Shown: positions 9,196-20,132, counted from the stretch's first letter. The stretch: DNA of 64,000 nucleotides from an uncultured Methanosarcinales archaeon (GCA_964566535.1 CAZMIO010000002.1:1-64000); one strand, 5' to 3'. A program made the numbers and translations. The notes: generated by a model not told the origin, from the letters alone.

Positions 9196-9840
9196 ATGGC
9201 AGTACCACCCTCACATCCACGATACACATCACTAAAAACAAGAGATCTAATAGTCGAAGGAGTAAAAAAAGGAATTACCTCACAACATGGATTAATAGCA
9301 CATGGAAGAGGAGAAGCATTCGACTACATTATTGGAGAAAAAACAACAACAAAAGCAAAACAGCAAATAAAAAAAGCAGCAGTTCTTCTTAAAGCCGCAA
9401 AACATCCAATAATCTCAGTAAATGGAAACGTAGCAGCATTAGTACCAAAAGAAATCGTACAATTAAGTAAAGTAATCCCAGCAAAACTAGAAGTAAACAT
9501 ATTCCACTCATCAAAAACAAGAGAAAAACTAATAGCAAAACACCTAAAAAAACATGGAGCAAAAGAAGTCCTGCTACCAACAAAACCATTAGTAAAAGGA
9601 ATCCAACACAACAGAAGATTCTGCAATCCAGAAGGCATAGCAAAAGCAGATGTAGTATTCGTCCCATTAGAAGACGGAGATAGATGCCAAGCACTAAAGA
9701 AAATGGAAAAGAAAATAATAACAGTTGACCTAAACCCCTTATCAAGAACTGCAAAGGAAGCAAATATTACAATTATTGACAATATAACCAGGACCATCTC
9801 ATTACTAATCAAAGAAATAAGATCATTAAAAACAAAATAA
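9196..9840 (+). CDS. Phosphopantothenate synthetase (archaeal PPS)
   Basis: VPPSHPRY.SL..R, GLIAHGRGEAFDYIIGE, ISVNGN, VPLEDGDR, VDLNPLSRTA. Confidence 0.95.
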   Translation: MAVPPSHPRYTSLKTRDLIVEGVKKGITSQHGLIAHGRGEAFDYIIGEKTTTKAKQQIKKAAVLLKAAKHPIISVNGNVAALVPKEIVQLSKVIPAKLEVNIFHSSKTREKLIAKHLKKHGAKEVLLPTKPLVKGIQHNRRFCNPEGIAKADVVFVPLEDGDRCQALKKMEKKIITVDLNPLSRTAKEANITIIDNITRTISLLIKEIRSLKTK

Positions 9841-10131
9841 TCATCCTTCTTCTCCAAATATTTGCAAATGTACTACTCTCGTCACTTCATCAACATAACC
9901 ATCTGGAACTTTAATCAACCTATATTCTGTACGATCTCCCTGATGGGCAACGTCCTCTCTGCCATATGTCCCAATCGGCCTAACTCCATTTCTCCCATCA
10001 ACTTCATGAATCTCACATAATAACATCCTCTCTGAATCAAAAGGGTGTCTCAAATGATAAGTACCTCTATAAGTACCGGAAAAAATATCTTTCTGAAAAA
10101 CTTCATCACAACTTGCCCCCATCATTATCAA
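9841..10131 (-). CDS. Hypothetical protein
   Basis: ORF overlaps the stop codon of the upstream HAD gene (ATGA coupling); no recognisable motif. Confidence 0.55.
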   Translation of the reverse strand: MIMMGASCDEVFQKDIFSGTYRGTYHLRHPFDSERMLLCEIHEVDGRNGVRPIGTYGREDVAHQGDRTEYRLIKVPDGYVDEVTRVVHLQIFGEEG

Positions 10132-10781
10132 ATAACATACCTCAACACTTCCCGTAAATCCTTCTTCTCAATCACAACATCAGCAACTTCCCTTAACTTA
10201 TCATCCTTCGGATCAAAAGCAATACCAAGCCCCGCCTCCTCCAAAATCTTCAGATCATTCAGATGGTCTCCAACAAAAACACACTCATCAAGCGTAACGC
10301 CTTCCTTAGCAGCAATTATCTTAAGCGCTTCAGCCTTACCATCAATATCAAACTCAGTAACCTTTATGTCAGTTATCTCACCAGCAGAATTAAAACTCAT
10401 CTTGTTCAAATATATATCATCAAACAAATCACTAAACCCAGGAATCAACGTCTCAGGAATTATATTAATAGAACCAGAAATAATACACAACTTAACACCC
10501 TTCGACTTCAGTTCATTAATCACTTCCATAGCGCCTTCCATTAACTTCAAATGCTTAATAGCCTTAACTAAATCTTCCCTCCGTGCACCAGCTTCTTTCC
10601 ACAACTCAATATCGTGCAAAGCCCATTCCTCATAAGTTATCTTCCCAGAAAAGAACTTCTCCCGAGCCTCAGCCCTCTTACCAGTATCAGTCTTAAAATA
10701 GTCATGAAACAACTCCCAAGAATATACTACATTGTCTATTAAAGTCCCATCAACATCAAAACAAACCAACTTATACTTCAT
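10128..10781 (-). CDS. HAD-superfamily hydrolase, phosphoserine phosphatase (SerB)-like
   Basis: CFDVDGTL, IISG, K and VGDHLND motifs; true start MKYKLV at 10781. Confidence 0.88.
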   Translation of the reverse strand: MKYKLVCFDVDGTLIDNVVYSWELFHDYFKTDTGKRAEAREKFFSGKITYEEWALHDIELWKEAGARREDLVKAIKHLKLMEGAMEVINELKSKGVKLCIISGSINIIPETLIPGFSDLFDDIYLNKMSFNSAGEITDIKVTEFDIDGKAEALKIIAAKEGVTLDECVFVGDHLNDLKILEEAGLGIAFDPKDDKLREVADVVIEKKDLREVLRYVI

Positions 10782-10842
10782 AAGAGATAGGATTATCAAA
10801 AACTTTATATATCTAACTATAAAACCAAAAATTGGTGATAAT

Positions 10843-11265
10843 ATGACAATACTGGGATTTAATTTTACAAAAATAAATGTTGAAAGAAAGGAAGCGATGA
10901 AAGGTAAGCTTAACATTAAAAACAACGTTACAATAAAAGATATCAAAGAAGTTGATCTTCCTGTTGGGAAAGATAAGCAAAAGGCTCTAAAATTTATATT
11001 TGAATTCTCATCAGAATATGAACCCCAAGTTGGTAGTATACTTCTTGGCGGAGACTTAATGTTAATGGAAGAAACAAAAAAAATCAACTCAATAATGGCT
11101 GAATGGAAAAAAGAACAGAAAGTAGATAAGGACATAATGACTCCACTATTAAACACTGTTCTAACAAAATGCAATATTCAAGCTTTAATCTTAAGCCAGC
11201 ACGTTAATCTACCACCGCCAATACCATTACCCAAGGTAGATGTCTCTGCTAAACAAGAAGCTTAA
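10843..11265 (+). CDS. Conserved archaeal protein, possibly SecB-like fold
   Basis: GGTGA SD before ATG 10843; beta-strand-rich N-half, helical C-half and LPPPIPLP tail; directly upstream of cdc48. Confidence 0.6.
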   Translation: MTILGFNFTKINVERKEAMKGKLNIKNNVTIKDIKEVDLPVGKDKQKALKFIFEFSSEYEPQVGSILLGGDLMLMEETKKINSIMAEWKKEQKVDKDIMTPLLNTVLTKCNIQALILSQHVNLPPPIPLPKVDVSAKQEA

Positions 11266-11345
11266 TTCTTTTTTCCAGATTTATTTTTTCATTTAATCTA
11301 AACAAAAATTTTATAAAAGACGATTATATACTCACCGTAATTAAA

Positions 11346-13808
11346 ATGACTGAAAAAGGGTTGAAATTAAAGGTTGCAGAAGCAATCCAAGATGATGTTA
11401 ACAAAGGAATAGTTAGAATTGATTCTACATTTATGCAGCAGATGGGCGTAAGAGTTGGAGACATTGTAGAGATCGAAGGAGAAAGAAAGACCGTTGCAAT
11501 TGCTGATAGAGCCTACCCTGGAGACATCGGCCTAAACATAATCCGAATGGATGGTATTATCAGAAGAAATGCCAAAACAGGTATTGGTGAGTTAATTCAA
11601 GTTAAAAAAGCAAATGTCAAAGAAGCTAAAAAGATAATAATAGCACCAGCAAGAAAGGGTATAGTCATCAGAGCTTCCCCGGACCTCTTCAAACATGGCT
11701 TGTTAGGTAGGTCAATTGTAAAAGGAGATATTGTTTCTTTAGGTGGAACCAAAAGACGTAGAACAACAATGACCGAATCCCCATTATTTGATGATATATT
11801 CTCTGTACTAGATGAAAACAACTCCATGGGAATTGGTTTTGGTTTTGGAGACATAAAATTCGTTGTAGTTGAAACAAACCCGAAACAACCAGTAGTAATA
11901 ACAGAACAAACAGAAGTAGAGTTCAGACCAGAAGCAGTTGAAGTAAAAGAAGAACTTGTTCCAGAAGTGACATACGAAGATATTGGCGGACTAGGAGATG
12001 AAATAACAAAAGTTAGAGAGATGATTGAGCTTCCGCTAAAACATCCCGAAATATTCGAACGTTTAGGTATTGAACCCCCAAAAGGAGTCCTCTTACATGG
12101 AGCTCCAGGTTGTGGTAAAACCCTTTTAGCAAAAGCAGTAGCTAACGAAACCAATTCTCATTTCATACTTATCAACGGACCAGAAATAATGTCCAAATAC
12201 TATGGCCAGTCAGAAGAGAACATAAGAAAAAAGTTTGAGGATGCCGAAAAAAACGCTCCCTCAATTATTTTCATAGATGAAATTGACGCAATAGCCTCAA
12301 AAAGAGAGGAGACCAAAGGGGAAGTAGAAAGACGTGTAGTAGCACAACTTCTAGCATTGATGGACGGCCTTCAAACAAGAGGTAAAGTAGTAGTAATCGC
12401 AGCAACTAACGTTCCAAACATTCTAGATCCGGCATTAAGAAGACCAGGCAGATTCGATAGAGAAATTGACATAGGAGTTCCAAACAAAGAAGGAAGACTA
12501 AATGTTCTAAAGATTCACACAAGAAATATGCCATTGAGCAAAGATGTTGGATTAAAAGAAATCGCTGACATCACACACGGGTTTGTTGGCGCAGACGTAT
12601 CAGCCCTAGTAAAAGAAGCGGCAATGATTGTACTAAGAAGGATCCTTCCAGAATTAAAATTAAAAGAAGAAGAATCAATTCCAAACGAAATTCTTGAAAA
12701 ACTTAGAGTTAATCATGACGATTTCAAAGAAGCGCTAAAAGTAGTAAGACCATCTGCATTAAGAGAGGTTTTAATCGAAACACCAAATGTGAGCTGGACA
12801 GACATTGGTGGATTAGAAAACGTAAAGCAAGAACTTAAAGAAGCAGTTGAATGGCCATTAAAACATCCCGACTCATTCAAACGTTTAGGTGTAAGGCCTC
12901 CAAAAGGAATATTACTATATGGAGCACCAGGTTCTGGTAAAACTCTCTTAGCAAAAGCAGTTGCTAAAGAATCACAAGCAAACTTCATCTCAATAAAAGG
13001 GCCAGAACTTCTCTCTAAATGGGTGGGAGAAAGCGAAAAGGCAGTTAGGGAAGTATTCAAAAAAGCTAGACAAACATCTCCTACAATAATATTCTTTGAC
13101 GAAATTGATTCAATAGCTCCAAAAAGAGGGATGTCATCAGATTCAAATGTAACGGAGAGAGTTGTCAACCAACTTTTAACAGAAATTGATGGATTAGAAG
13201 AAATGCATGATGTAGTTATAATCGCAGCGACTAACAGGCCAGATATCATGGACCCGGGATTACTAAGGCCAGGGAGATTTGATAGGATCATCCTAACACC
13301 AGTTCCAGATGAAAAGACAAGATTAGAAGTCTTTAAGGTTCATACAAAAGGGATGCCATTAGGAATCTCAAAAGAAGACATTAAAGAATTTGATGAGGAA
13401 TTTAAAAATAAAAAGATAAGTCATAAAACAAAAATCATATCAAAAATGGCTGCTGATGAAGCTATAACTGAAGAAGATTTAAATAAATTAAAAAAGAAAG
13501 AATCCCAAGAGATAACTAATTTCAAAGACCTCTCTGACATTGATAAATTACTATACTATTTAGCTGAAAAAACAGAAGGGTATGTAGGAGCAGACATAGA
13601 AGCAATCTGCAGAGAAGCAGCAATCTACGCACTAAGAAAAGACATAAACGCAAAAGAAGTAACGATAAAACACTTCGAAAAAGCATTAAAAATAGTAAGA
13701 CCATCTGCAACAAAGGAAGTCGAAGAAATGTACAAAACATTACAAAACCACTTCAGAGAAGCAAAGGCAAAGCAGATGAAAGAAGAGCGACCTTCTTATA
13801 TGGGTTAG
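11346..13808 (+). CDS. cdc48: CDC48/VAT family AAA+ ATPase
   Basis: N-domain plus two AAA modules ([40 protein letters not shown]). Confidence 0.97.
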   Translation: MTEKGLKLKVAEAIQDDVNKGIVRIDSTFMQQMGVRVGDIVEIEGERKTVAIADRAYPGDIGLNIIRMDGIIRRNAKTGIGELIQVKKANVKEAKKIIIAPARKGIVIRASPDLFKHGLLGRSIVKGDIVSLGGTKRRRTTMTESPLFDDIFSVLDENNSMGIGFGFGDIKFVVVETNPKQPVVITEQTEVEFRPEAVEVKEELVPEVTYEDIGGLGDEITKVREMIELPLKHPEIFERLGIEPPKGVLLHGAPGCGKTLLAKAVANETNSHFILINGPEIMSKYYGQSEENIRKKFEDAEKNAPSIIFIDEIDAIASKREETKGEVERRVVAQLLALMDGLQTRGKVVVIAATNVPNILDPALRRPGRFDREIDIGVPNKEGRLNVLKIHTRNMPLSKDVGLKEIADITHGFVGADVSALVKEAAMIVLRRILPELKLKEEESIPNEILEKLRVNHDDFKEALKVVRPSALREVLIETPNVSWTDIGGLENVKQELKEAVEWPLKHPDSFKRLGVRPPKGILLYGAPGSGKTLLAKAVAKESQANFISIKGPELLSKWVGESEKAVREVFKKARQTSPTIIFFDEIDSIAPKRGMSSDSNVTERVVNQLLTEIDGLEEMHDVVIIAATNRPDIMDPGLLRPGRFDRIILTPVPDEKTRLEVFKVHTKGMPLGISKEDIKEFDEEFKNKKISHKTKIISKMAADEAITEEDLNKLKKKESQEITNFKDLSDIDKLLYYLAEKTEGYVGADIEAICREAAIYALRKDINAKEVTIKHFEKALKIVRPSATKEVEEMYKTLQNHFREAKAKQMKEERPSYMG

Positions 13809-13868
13809 ATACTAATTTCTCCTAACAAACAACAAAATTTATATATTGTCTAGAATAATTAACAACTT

Positions 13869-15143
13869 ATGACAAAACCAAAAGTAGGCGACATGATAGA
13901 AGTAAAAACAAAAGACAAGACAATAAAAGGAATTCTAATGCCAAGACCTGAACTTTTAGATAAAGACTCCATAATCATCAAACTCCAATCAGGATACAAT
14001 ATTGGAATTGAAAACAAGAACATAAAAGAAATAAAAACCTTAGAAAAATACGATGAAAAGAAAGAAGAAAAGAAAAAGAAAGTCACATTCAACAAAAACT
14101 TACCAATAATCTCAATCCTACATACAGGAGGAACAATTGCTTCTAAAATAGACTACAGAACAGGTGGTGTAGAATCTAAGTTCTCACCAGAAGATCTTGT
14201 AGAACTATTCCCAGAACTAAAAGACATAGCTCAAATCAGAAGCAAGCTCCTCTTCCAAATGTCTTCAGAAAACATGGAACCAGAACATTGGCAAATACTA
14301 GCAAAAGAAGTTGACAAAGAAATTAAAGAAGGTACAAATGGAATAATAATAACTCACGGCACTGACACAATGCACTATACAGCAGCAGCATTATCCTTCA
14401 TGTTACAATCCCTTCCAATCCCCATCCTATTAGTTGGAGCGCAACGCTCATCAGACAGAGGTTCATCTGACGCAGCAATGAATCTAATTGCAGCCGCCAA
14501 CTTCATAACAAAATCAGATTTCTCAGGGGTTGCAATTTGTATGCACGGCACAACCCAAGACAAATGCTGCTACATCCACCAAGGAAACAAAGCAAGAAAA
14601 CTACATACTTCAAGAAGAGACGCATTCAGAAGCATCAACGTCCTCCCAATTGCAAAAGTTTTCACAAACGGAAGAATAGAACTATCCCAAACACCATACA
14701 CAAAAAAAGACAAGAAAAACAAGCTAAAGCTCCAAAGTAAATTCGAAGATAAGGTGGCAATAATAAAGATGAGGCCTGGATTCAACCTAAAGGAACTCGA
14801 AACTTACGAAAACTACAAAGGATTAGTCATAGAAGGAACTGGCCTAGGCCATATACCAAACAGGATGGTTGAAGAAATAAAAAAACTCTCGAAAAAATCA
14901 TTAATAGTTATGACATCCCAATGTATCTACGGAACGATTAACATGAACATCTACTCAACAGGTCGTGACCTAATAGACGCAGGAGTAATCTCAGCAGAAA
15001 ACATGACATCAGAAACAGCATATGTAAAGCTAGGCTGGGCATTAGCAAACTCAAAAAGCAAAGAAGAAGCAAAAAAACTATTCCAAACCAATATCACAGG
15101 AGAAATAACAGAAAGAATAGTTAAAGAAGCTTTCTTATTCTAA
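13869..15143 (+). CDS. gatD: Glu-tRNA(Gln) amidotransferase subunit D
   Basis: KL.SGYNIG N-domain, TGGTIAS, HGTDT, GAQRSSDRGSSD, KLHTSRRDAF. Confidence 0.96.
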   Translation: MTKPKVGDMIEVKTKDKTIKGILMPRPELLDKDSIIIKLQSGYNIGIENKNIKEIKTLEKYDEKKEEKKKKVTFNKNLPIISILHTGGTIASKIDYRTGGVESKFSPEDLVELFPELKDIAQIRSKLLFQMSSENMEPEHWQILAKEVDKEIKEGTNGIIITHGTDTMHYTAAALSFMLQSLPIPILLVGAQRSSDRGSSDAAMNLIAAANFITKSDFSGVAICMHGTTQDKCCYIHQGNKARKLHTSRRDAFRSINVLPIAKVFTNGRIELSQTPYTKKDKKNKLKLQSKFEDKVAIIKMRPGFNLKELETYENYKGLVIEGTGLGHIPNRMVEEIKKLSKKSLIVMTSQCIYGTINMNIYSTGRDLIDAGVISAENMTSETAYVKLGWALANSKSKEEAKKLFQTNITGEITERIVKEAFLF

Positions 15144-15668
15144 CTATTCTCCTTCAAAATCAATCATCTTAAAGATTTTATAACCTTTTATCTTTTCTCC
15201 ACTTTTTAGATCAGGTAAGTCAATAATAAAAGCGCACTCAAAAACTTCTCCTCCAAGTTGTTCAACGAGTTTTATTGCTGCAGAAATTGTCCCACCTGTA
15301 GCTAGCAAATCGTCAACTATCAAAACCTTCTGACCTTTCTCTATTGCATCCTCATGTAATTCCATCTTATCCTTACCATACTCCTTCTCAAACTCAACAG
15401 AAATAGTCTTAGAAGGCAACTTACCAGGCTTCCTTATAGGAACAAAACTCTTTCCCATCTTATAAGCAAGCACAGAACCAAAAATAAACCCTCTACTCTC
15501 AATCCCAACAATAACATCTATTGGCTCATCCTTATATCTCTCGTACAGTTCATCACAAACCTGCGCAAAAGCCTCAGGGTCCTGCAGTAAAGTTGTAATA
15601 TCTCTAAACATAACACCTTCAATAGGCCAATGCGGAACTGTTCTTATCTTAGACTTTAAATCAACCAT
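15144..15668 (-). CDS. apt: Adenine phosphoribosyltransferase
   Basis: P..GVMFRDITTLL, ESRGF, IRKPGKLP, EYG, VDDLLATGGT. Confidence 0.96.
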   Translation of the reverse strand: MVDLKSKIRTVPHWPIEGVMFRDITTLLQDPEAFAQVCDELYERYKDEPIDVIVGIESRGFIFGSVLAYKMGKSFVPIRKPGKLPSKTISVEFEKEYGKDKMELHEDAIEKGQKVLIVDDLLATGGTISAAIKLVEQLGGEVFECAFIIDLPDLKSGEKIKGYKIFKMIDFEGE

Positions 15669-15785
15669 TATTATCCACCTCAGAAAAATAAAAACTAAAG
15701 TAATATAAAAAGTTTTTCAGTTAAAACACAGATTTACAAGCAGCATTGATTAACTTTAAATAAATCATTAGTTTCACTTAATATC

Positions 15786-16094
15786 ATGGGAAAAAAACAA
15801 ATTCTACTCATCATCACTCTCATAACAGCATTAGCTATCGTAGGCACATTCTCCTTCCTATTAGGAAAAGAAACAACCATTACTACATTAGCAATAGCTA
15901 ACTTAGAAAACCAGAACAACCAACCACAATCAACTTCTCCAGAGTTCCGCACCTACACTCAAGCCTTCTGCGAAGAAAAAGATTTTTATAAAGAATGTAA
16001 GGACCACTTAATAGTTCAGTGCGGAACTACTAAACACAAAATAAACATAATAGACGGCAAAGCCAATGTCGATCTCAACTTCACAATAAAATGA
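15786..16094 (+). CDS. Small membrane-anchored or secreted Cys-containing hypothetical protein
   Basis: N-terminal TM helix; ATGA overlap with mtnA. Confidence 0.7.
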   Translation: MGKKQILLIITLITALAIVGTFSFLLGKETTITTLAIANLENQNNQPQSTSPEFRTYTQAFCEEKDFYKECKDHLIVQCGTTKHKINIIDGKANVDLNFTIK

Positions 16095-17110
16095 ACATAG
16101 ACGGAAAACATTACAGAACAGTTTGGATGGAAGACAACATAATCAAGCTAATCAACCAACCACTTCTACCGCACAAATTCGAAATCTTCAACTGCAACAA
16201 CTACATAGAAACAGCAAAAGCAATTAAAACAATGGTTGTAAGGGGAGCTGGAGCAATTGGTGCAACAGCAGGATTCGCAATGGCACAAGCCTTCATAGCA
16301 GGACAAGACCCAAACGAAGCAGCTGAAGTAATAAAAAACACTCGTCCAACAGCTCAAAACCTATTCTATGCAGTAAACAAAGTCCTAAAAGCAAATAACA
16401 AAGAAGAAGCAATACAAATAGCAAAAGAAATTGCTGATGAAGACGCAGAAGCATGTAAGAAAATCGGAGAACACGGAGAACAATTAATTGAAAACAACCA
16501 CAACATCCTAACTCACTGCAATGCAGGATGGTTAGCATTCGTTGACTGGGGCTCAGCTCTCTCACCAATCTACACCGCAAAAAGAAAAGGAAAAAATGTC
16601 TTTGTCTATGCAGATGAAACAAGACCAAGATGCCAAGGTTCAAGATTAACTGCATTCGAATTAGCTGGAGAACAAATTCCTCATGCAGTCATAGCAGATA
16701 ATGCAGCAGGACATTTCATGAAAGAAGGAAAAATAAACATGGTCATTGTAGGATCTGACAGAATAGCTGCAAATGGAGATGTAGCAAATAAGATAGGAAC
16801 TTACACAAAAGCAGTATTAGCAAAAGAAAACAATATTCCTTTCTACGTAGCAGCTCCAACCTCAACAATTGACCCAAATACCAAATCTGGCAAAGATATA
16901 CCAATAGAAGAACGAGACGAATCAGAAGTAAAAGAAATGTTCGGCCTCAACAACAACACCCTCTCAAAAGTTTCCATAGCAAACCAGGCCAGCCAAGCAA
17001 AAAACCCTGCATTTGACGTAACTCCTGCTAAATATGTAAAAGGAATCATCACAGAAAAAGGAATAATTGAACCCAATGAAGAAAATATAAGGAACCTTTT
17101 CAAAAACTAA
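16091..17110 (+). CDS. mtnA: S-methyl-5-thioribose-1-phosphate isomerase
   Basis: MVVRGA, TRPTA.NL, THCNAGWLA, DETRP..QG.RLT, ANKIGT, NPAFDVTP. Confidence 0.93.
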   Translation: MNIDGKHYRTVWMEDNIIKLINQPLLPHKFEIFNCNNYIETAKAIKTMVVRGAGAIGATAGFAMAQAFIAGQDPNEAAEVIKNTRPTAQNLFYAVNKVLKANNKEEAIQIAKEIADEDAEACKKIGEHGEQLIENNHNILTHCNAGWLAFVDWGSALSPIYTAKRKGKNVFVYADETRPRCQGSRLTAFELAGEQIPHAVIADNAAGHFMKEGKINMVIVGSDRIAANGDVANKIGTYTKAVLAKENNIPFYVAAPTSTIDPNTKSGKDIPIEERDESEVKEMFGLNNNTLSKVSIANQASQAKNPAFDVTPAKYVKGIITEKGIIEPNEENIRNLFKN

Positions 17111-17149
17111 ACCACAACCTTTAAATCATACAACTCTTTCTAAAACCAT

Positions 17150-18427
17150 ATGACTAAATTAGTAATAATTGGCTTAGGAGCAGCAGGTTTTGCAGCTGCT
17201 TTATCAGCAAGAAAAGTTGACAGGTCAATAGACATAACTATAATCGATTCAAAAGATTATGACTTGATGCACCCTTGCGGACTACCATTTGCAATAGACG
17301 GAGAAGTAAAACTAGAAGAACTAAAACATAAAATAAATTCAGAAGCAATGAAACTAAAACTTATCAATAAAAGCAAAGTTACTGACATAGACACAAAAGA
17401 TAAAACATTAACATACCAAAAAGGCAACCAAGAAAACACCTTAACCTACGACAAATTAATTATCGCAACTGGTTCTTCACCAATTAAGCCAAAAATAGAA
17501 GGAATTGAAGACAACGATAACCTCTTCACCATCCACACTCCAGAAGATGTAAGAAAACTAATCACCACAACAAAGAAAATAAAAAAAGCAAACATCATCG
17601 GCGCAGGGGCAATTGGATTAGAAACTGCAATAGCACTAAACAACAAAGATGTTGAAGTAACAATAACCGAAGCACTCTCATCCATCTTACCAAAATCATT
17701 AGACAAAGACATCTCAGAAATTATTGAAAACTCATTAAAAGAAAAAAAGATAAAACTTAATCTAAACAAAAAAATAGACAAAATCAACAAAGACGAAATC
17801 ACAATCCTAGCAACAGGAGTATCATCCAACAAAAACCTTGCAGAAAAAGCAAACATAAAACTAGGAAAGTTTGGAATCAAAGTTAACGAAAAACTAGAAA
17901 CATCAGTAAAAGACGTCTACGCAGTTGGAGACTGTATTGAAACAATTAACTTAATCACAAAAAAACCATGGCCTTCATTAATTGCATCATCAGCATATAA
18001 ACAAGGAACAATAGCAGGAGCAAATGCAGCAGGTTCATCTCAATCATACAGTGGAACACTAACAACGTTTGCAACAGTATTAGACAAAATAGAAATTGCG
18101 TCAACTGGATTAAACTCGCACTTTGCAAAAAAAGAAGGTTTCGACATAATCTCCGCAAAAGCAAAGTCAAAATCAAAGCCAGAATGGTTCCCAAATAACA
18201 AAGAGATAACCTTAAAGATCATAGTTGACAAAAAAACAAAAAAGATCCTAGGAGCCCAAGCCGTAGGAGACAAAGCAGCAGAAAAAATAAACTTAATCTC
18301 AGCAGCAATCTCATCTAACCAAACAATTCAAGACCTAAGCAACGTAGAATTAGCTTACTGTCCAGCTGTTTCCCAAACATATGACATAATAACTATGGTA
18401 GCTGACCTTATCTTAAGAAGACTCTAG
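17150..18427 (+). CDS. FAD-dependent pyridine nucleotide-disulfide oxidoreductase (NADH oxidase/CoA-disulfide reductase family)
   Basis: GLGAAG FAD motif, single redox Cys in PCGLP, ATG, GAGAIG NAD motif, VYAVGDC, ELAYCP. Confidence 0.9.
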   Translation: MTKLVIIGLGAAGFAAALSARKVDRSIDITIIDSKDYDLMHPCGLPFAIDGEVKLEELKHKINSEAMKLKLINKSKVTDIDTKDKTLTYQKGNQENTLTYDKLIIATGSSPIKPKIEGIEDNDNLFTIHTPEDVRKLITTTKKIKKANIIGAGAIGLETAIALNNKDVEVTITEALSSILPKSLDKDISEIIENSLKEKKIKLNLNKKIDKINKDEITILATGVSSNKNLAEKANIKLGKFGIKVNEKLETSVKDVYAVGDCIETINLITKKPWPSLIASSAYKQGTIAGANAAGSSQSYSGTLTTFATVLDKIEIASTGLNSHFAKKEGFDIISAKAKSKSKPEWFPNNKEITLKIIVDKKTKKILGAQAVGDKAAEKINLISAAISSNQTIQDLSNVELAYCPAVSQTYDIITMVADLILRRL

Positions 18428-18472
18428 TTCTAAACCAAAAACAACTTAAATAAAAAAACATCTCCCAATAGT

Positions 18473-19315
18473 ATGAGAACTCATCCAGACTGGCTCAAAG
18501 TAAAGCTCCCTTCAGGAAAAAACTACCAAAAAATAAACTCCTTAGTAAGAGAACATAATCTAAACACCGTCTGCCAAGAAGCAAGATGCCCAAATAAAGG
18601 GGAGTGTTGGGACAAAGGAACTGCAACATTCCTAATTCTAGGAGACTCATGCACAAGAAACTGCAATTACTGTAACGTTCAGCACAACACCTCCAATACT
18701 ATCAATACTTTAGAACCAATCTCCATAGCAAACACAATAAAAAAACTAAATCTTAATTACGCTGTCATAACATCAGTAACTAGAGATGACTTAGAAGATG
18801 GCGGAGCAAATCACTTCGCAAAAACAATCGAAAAAATAAAAAAATTAACAAACTGCAAAGTAGAAGTCCTAACACCTGACTTCCAAAACGACGTAAACTC
18901 AATAAAAACAATAACAAATACAAATCCAGATGTTTTCGCCCACAATATAGAAGTAGTAAAACCATTATTCCAAAAACTTAGACCTCAAGGCAGCTACAAC
19001 AACTCAATAAACTTCCTAAAAAACATAAAATCAATCAACAAAAACATAAAAACAAAATCAGGATTGATGATTGGCTTTGGAGAAACAAAACAAGACATAA
19101 TAAACACCTTAAAAGATCTAAAGCGAGCAAACGTAGACATCCTAACAATCGGACAATACCTTCAGCCAAGAAAAGACCTTCATAAAATAGAAAAATACTA
19201 TACTCCAGAAGAATTCAAAGAATTAGAACAAACAGCAAAAGACCTTGGCTTCAAACATGTCTACTCAGGACCACTAGTAAGATCATCCTACAACGCAGAA
19301 AAGGTATTCCAATGA
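18473..19315 (+). CDS. lipA: Lipoyl synthase
   Basis: CQEARCPNKGEC auxiliary-cluster motif, radical-SAM CTRNCNYC and C-terminal VRSSY. Confidence 0.96.
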   Translation: MRTHPDWLKVKLPSGKNYQKINSLVREHNLNTVCQEARCPNKGECWDKGTATFLILGDSCTRNCNYCNVQHNTSNTINTLEPISIANTIKKLNLNYAVITSVTRDDLEDGGANHFAKTIEKIKKLTNCKVEVLTPDFQNDVNSIKTITNTNPDVFAHNIEVVKPLFQKLRPQGSYNNSINFLKNIKSINKNIKTKSGLMIGFGETKQDIINTLKDLKRANVDILTIGQYLQPRKDLHKIEKYYTPEEFKELEQTAKDLGFKHVYSGPLVRSSYNAEKVFQ

Positions 19316-20100
19316 AAGTTAGACTAATTAACACCAACTACAACACTGCCTCAATGAACATGGCAATTGACGAAGCACTTCTAATCTCAAAAAAACCAGT
19401 TATAAGATTCTACAGATGGGCCCCCTCAGCATTATCACTAGGCTACTTCCAAAACATAAAAGATATCAACATACCCTACTCCAAGTCTCAAAACATAGAC
19501 ATTGTCAGAAGAATAACAGGAGGAAAAACAGTCCTCCATGACAAAGAGTTAACCTATTCAATAATCATGGACGAAACACTAATGCCAAAATCAATAATTG
19601 ACTCATACAAACTAATTAGCAAAGGAATCCTCTCAGCACTAAAACAACTAAAACTCAATCCAGAGATGAATGAAACAGTAACAAAGAACTCAAAGTCAGC
19701 AATCTGCTTCAATGAACCATCTTATTACGAAATTACAGTAAATAATAAAAAAATAGTGGGTTCTGCTCAAACCAGAAAGAACAAAAAACTCCTCCAGCAC
19801 GGCTCTATACTAATAGACCTTGACTACGACAAGTTAGTCTCAACATTCAATATAAAAAATAAAGAAGAAAATATAAAAAAAACAAAAGCAAGAGTCACCT
19901 CAATAAACAACGAGCTAAGAAAAGAAATCTCATACAACCAACTAAAAGAGGCATTAATCAGTGGGTTCCAAGACAACCTAGAAATAGAACTAGTAGAAGA
20001 CCAACTAACAAAGGAGGAACTAGCCCTAGCAAATAAACTAGAAAAAGAAAAATACTCAACAAAACAGTGGAATATAAACGCTTCGACAGAAACTATTTAA
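19312..20100 (+). CDS. Lipoate-protein ligase family, LipM-like octanoyltransferase
   Basis: NMAIDEAL, RFYRW, RR.TGG..VLHD.ELTYS, AICF, KKIVGSAQ, LQHGS; no C-terminal LplA domain. Confidence 0.9.
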   Translation: MKVRLINTNYNTASMNMAIDEALLISKKPVIRFYRWAPSALSLGYFQNIKDINIPYSKSQNIDIVRRITGGKTVLHDKELTYSIIMDETLMPKSIIDSYKLISKGILSALKQLKLNPEMNETVTKNSKSAICFNEPSYYEITVNNKKIVGSAQTRKNKKLLQHGSILIDLDYDKLVSTFNIKNKEENIKKTKARVTSINNELRKEISYNQLKEALISGFQDNLEIELVEDQLTKEELALANKLEKEKYSTKQWNINASTETI

Positions 20101-20132
20101 ACACTAATTAACCCCCTTCTAATAGAATAAAA

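Noticed and set aside
10782..11174. N-terminal extension of the HAD ORF
   Set aside because: It is the antisense shadow of the plus-strand gene 10843-11265; HAD motif I follows ATG 10781
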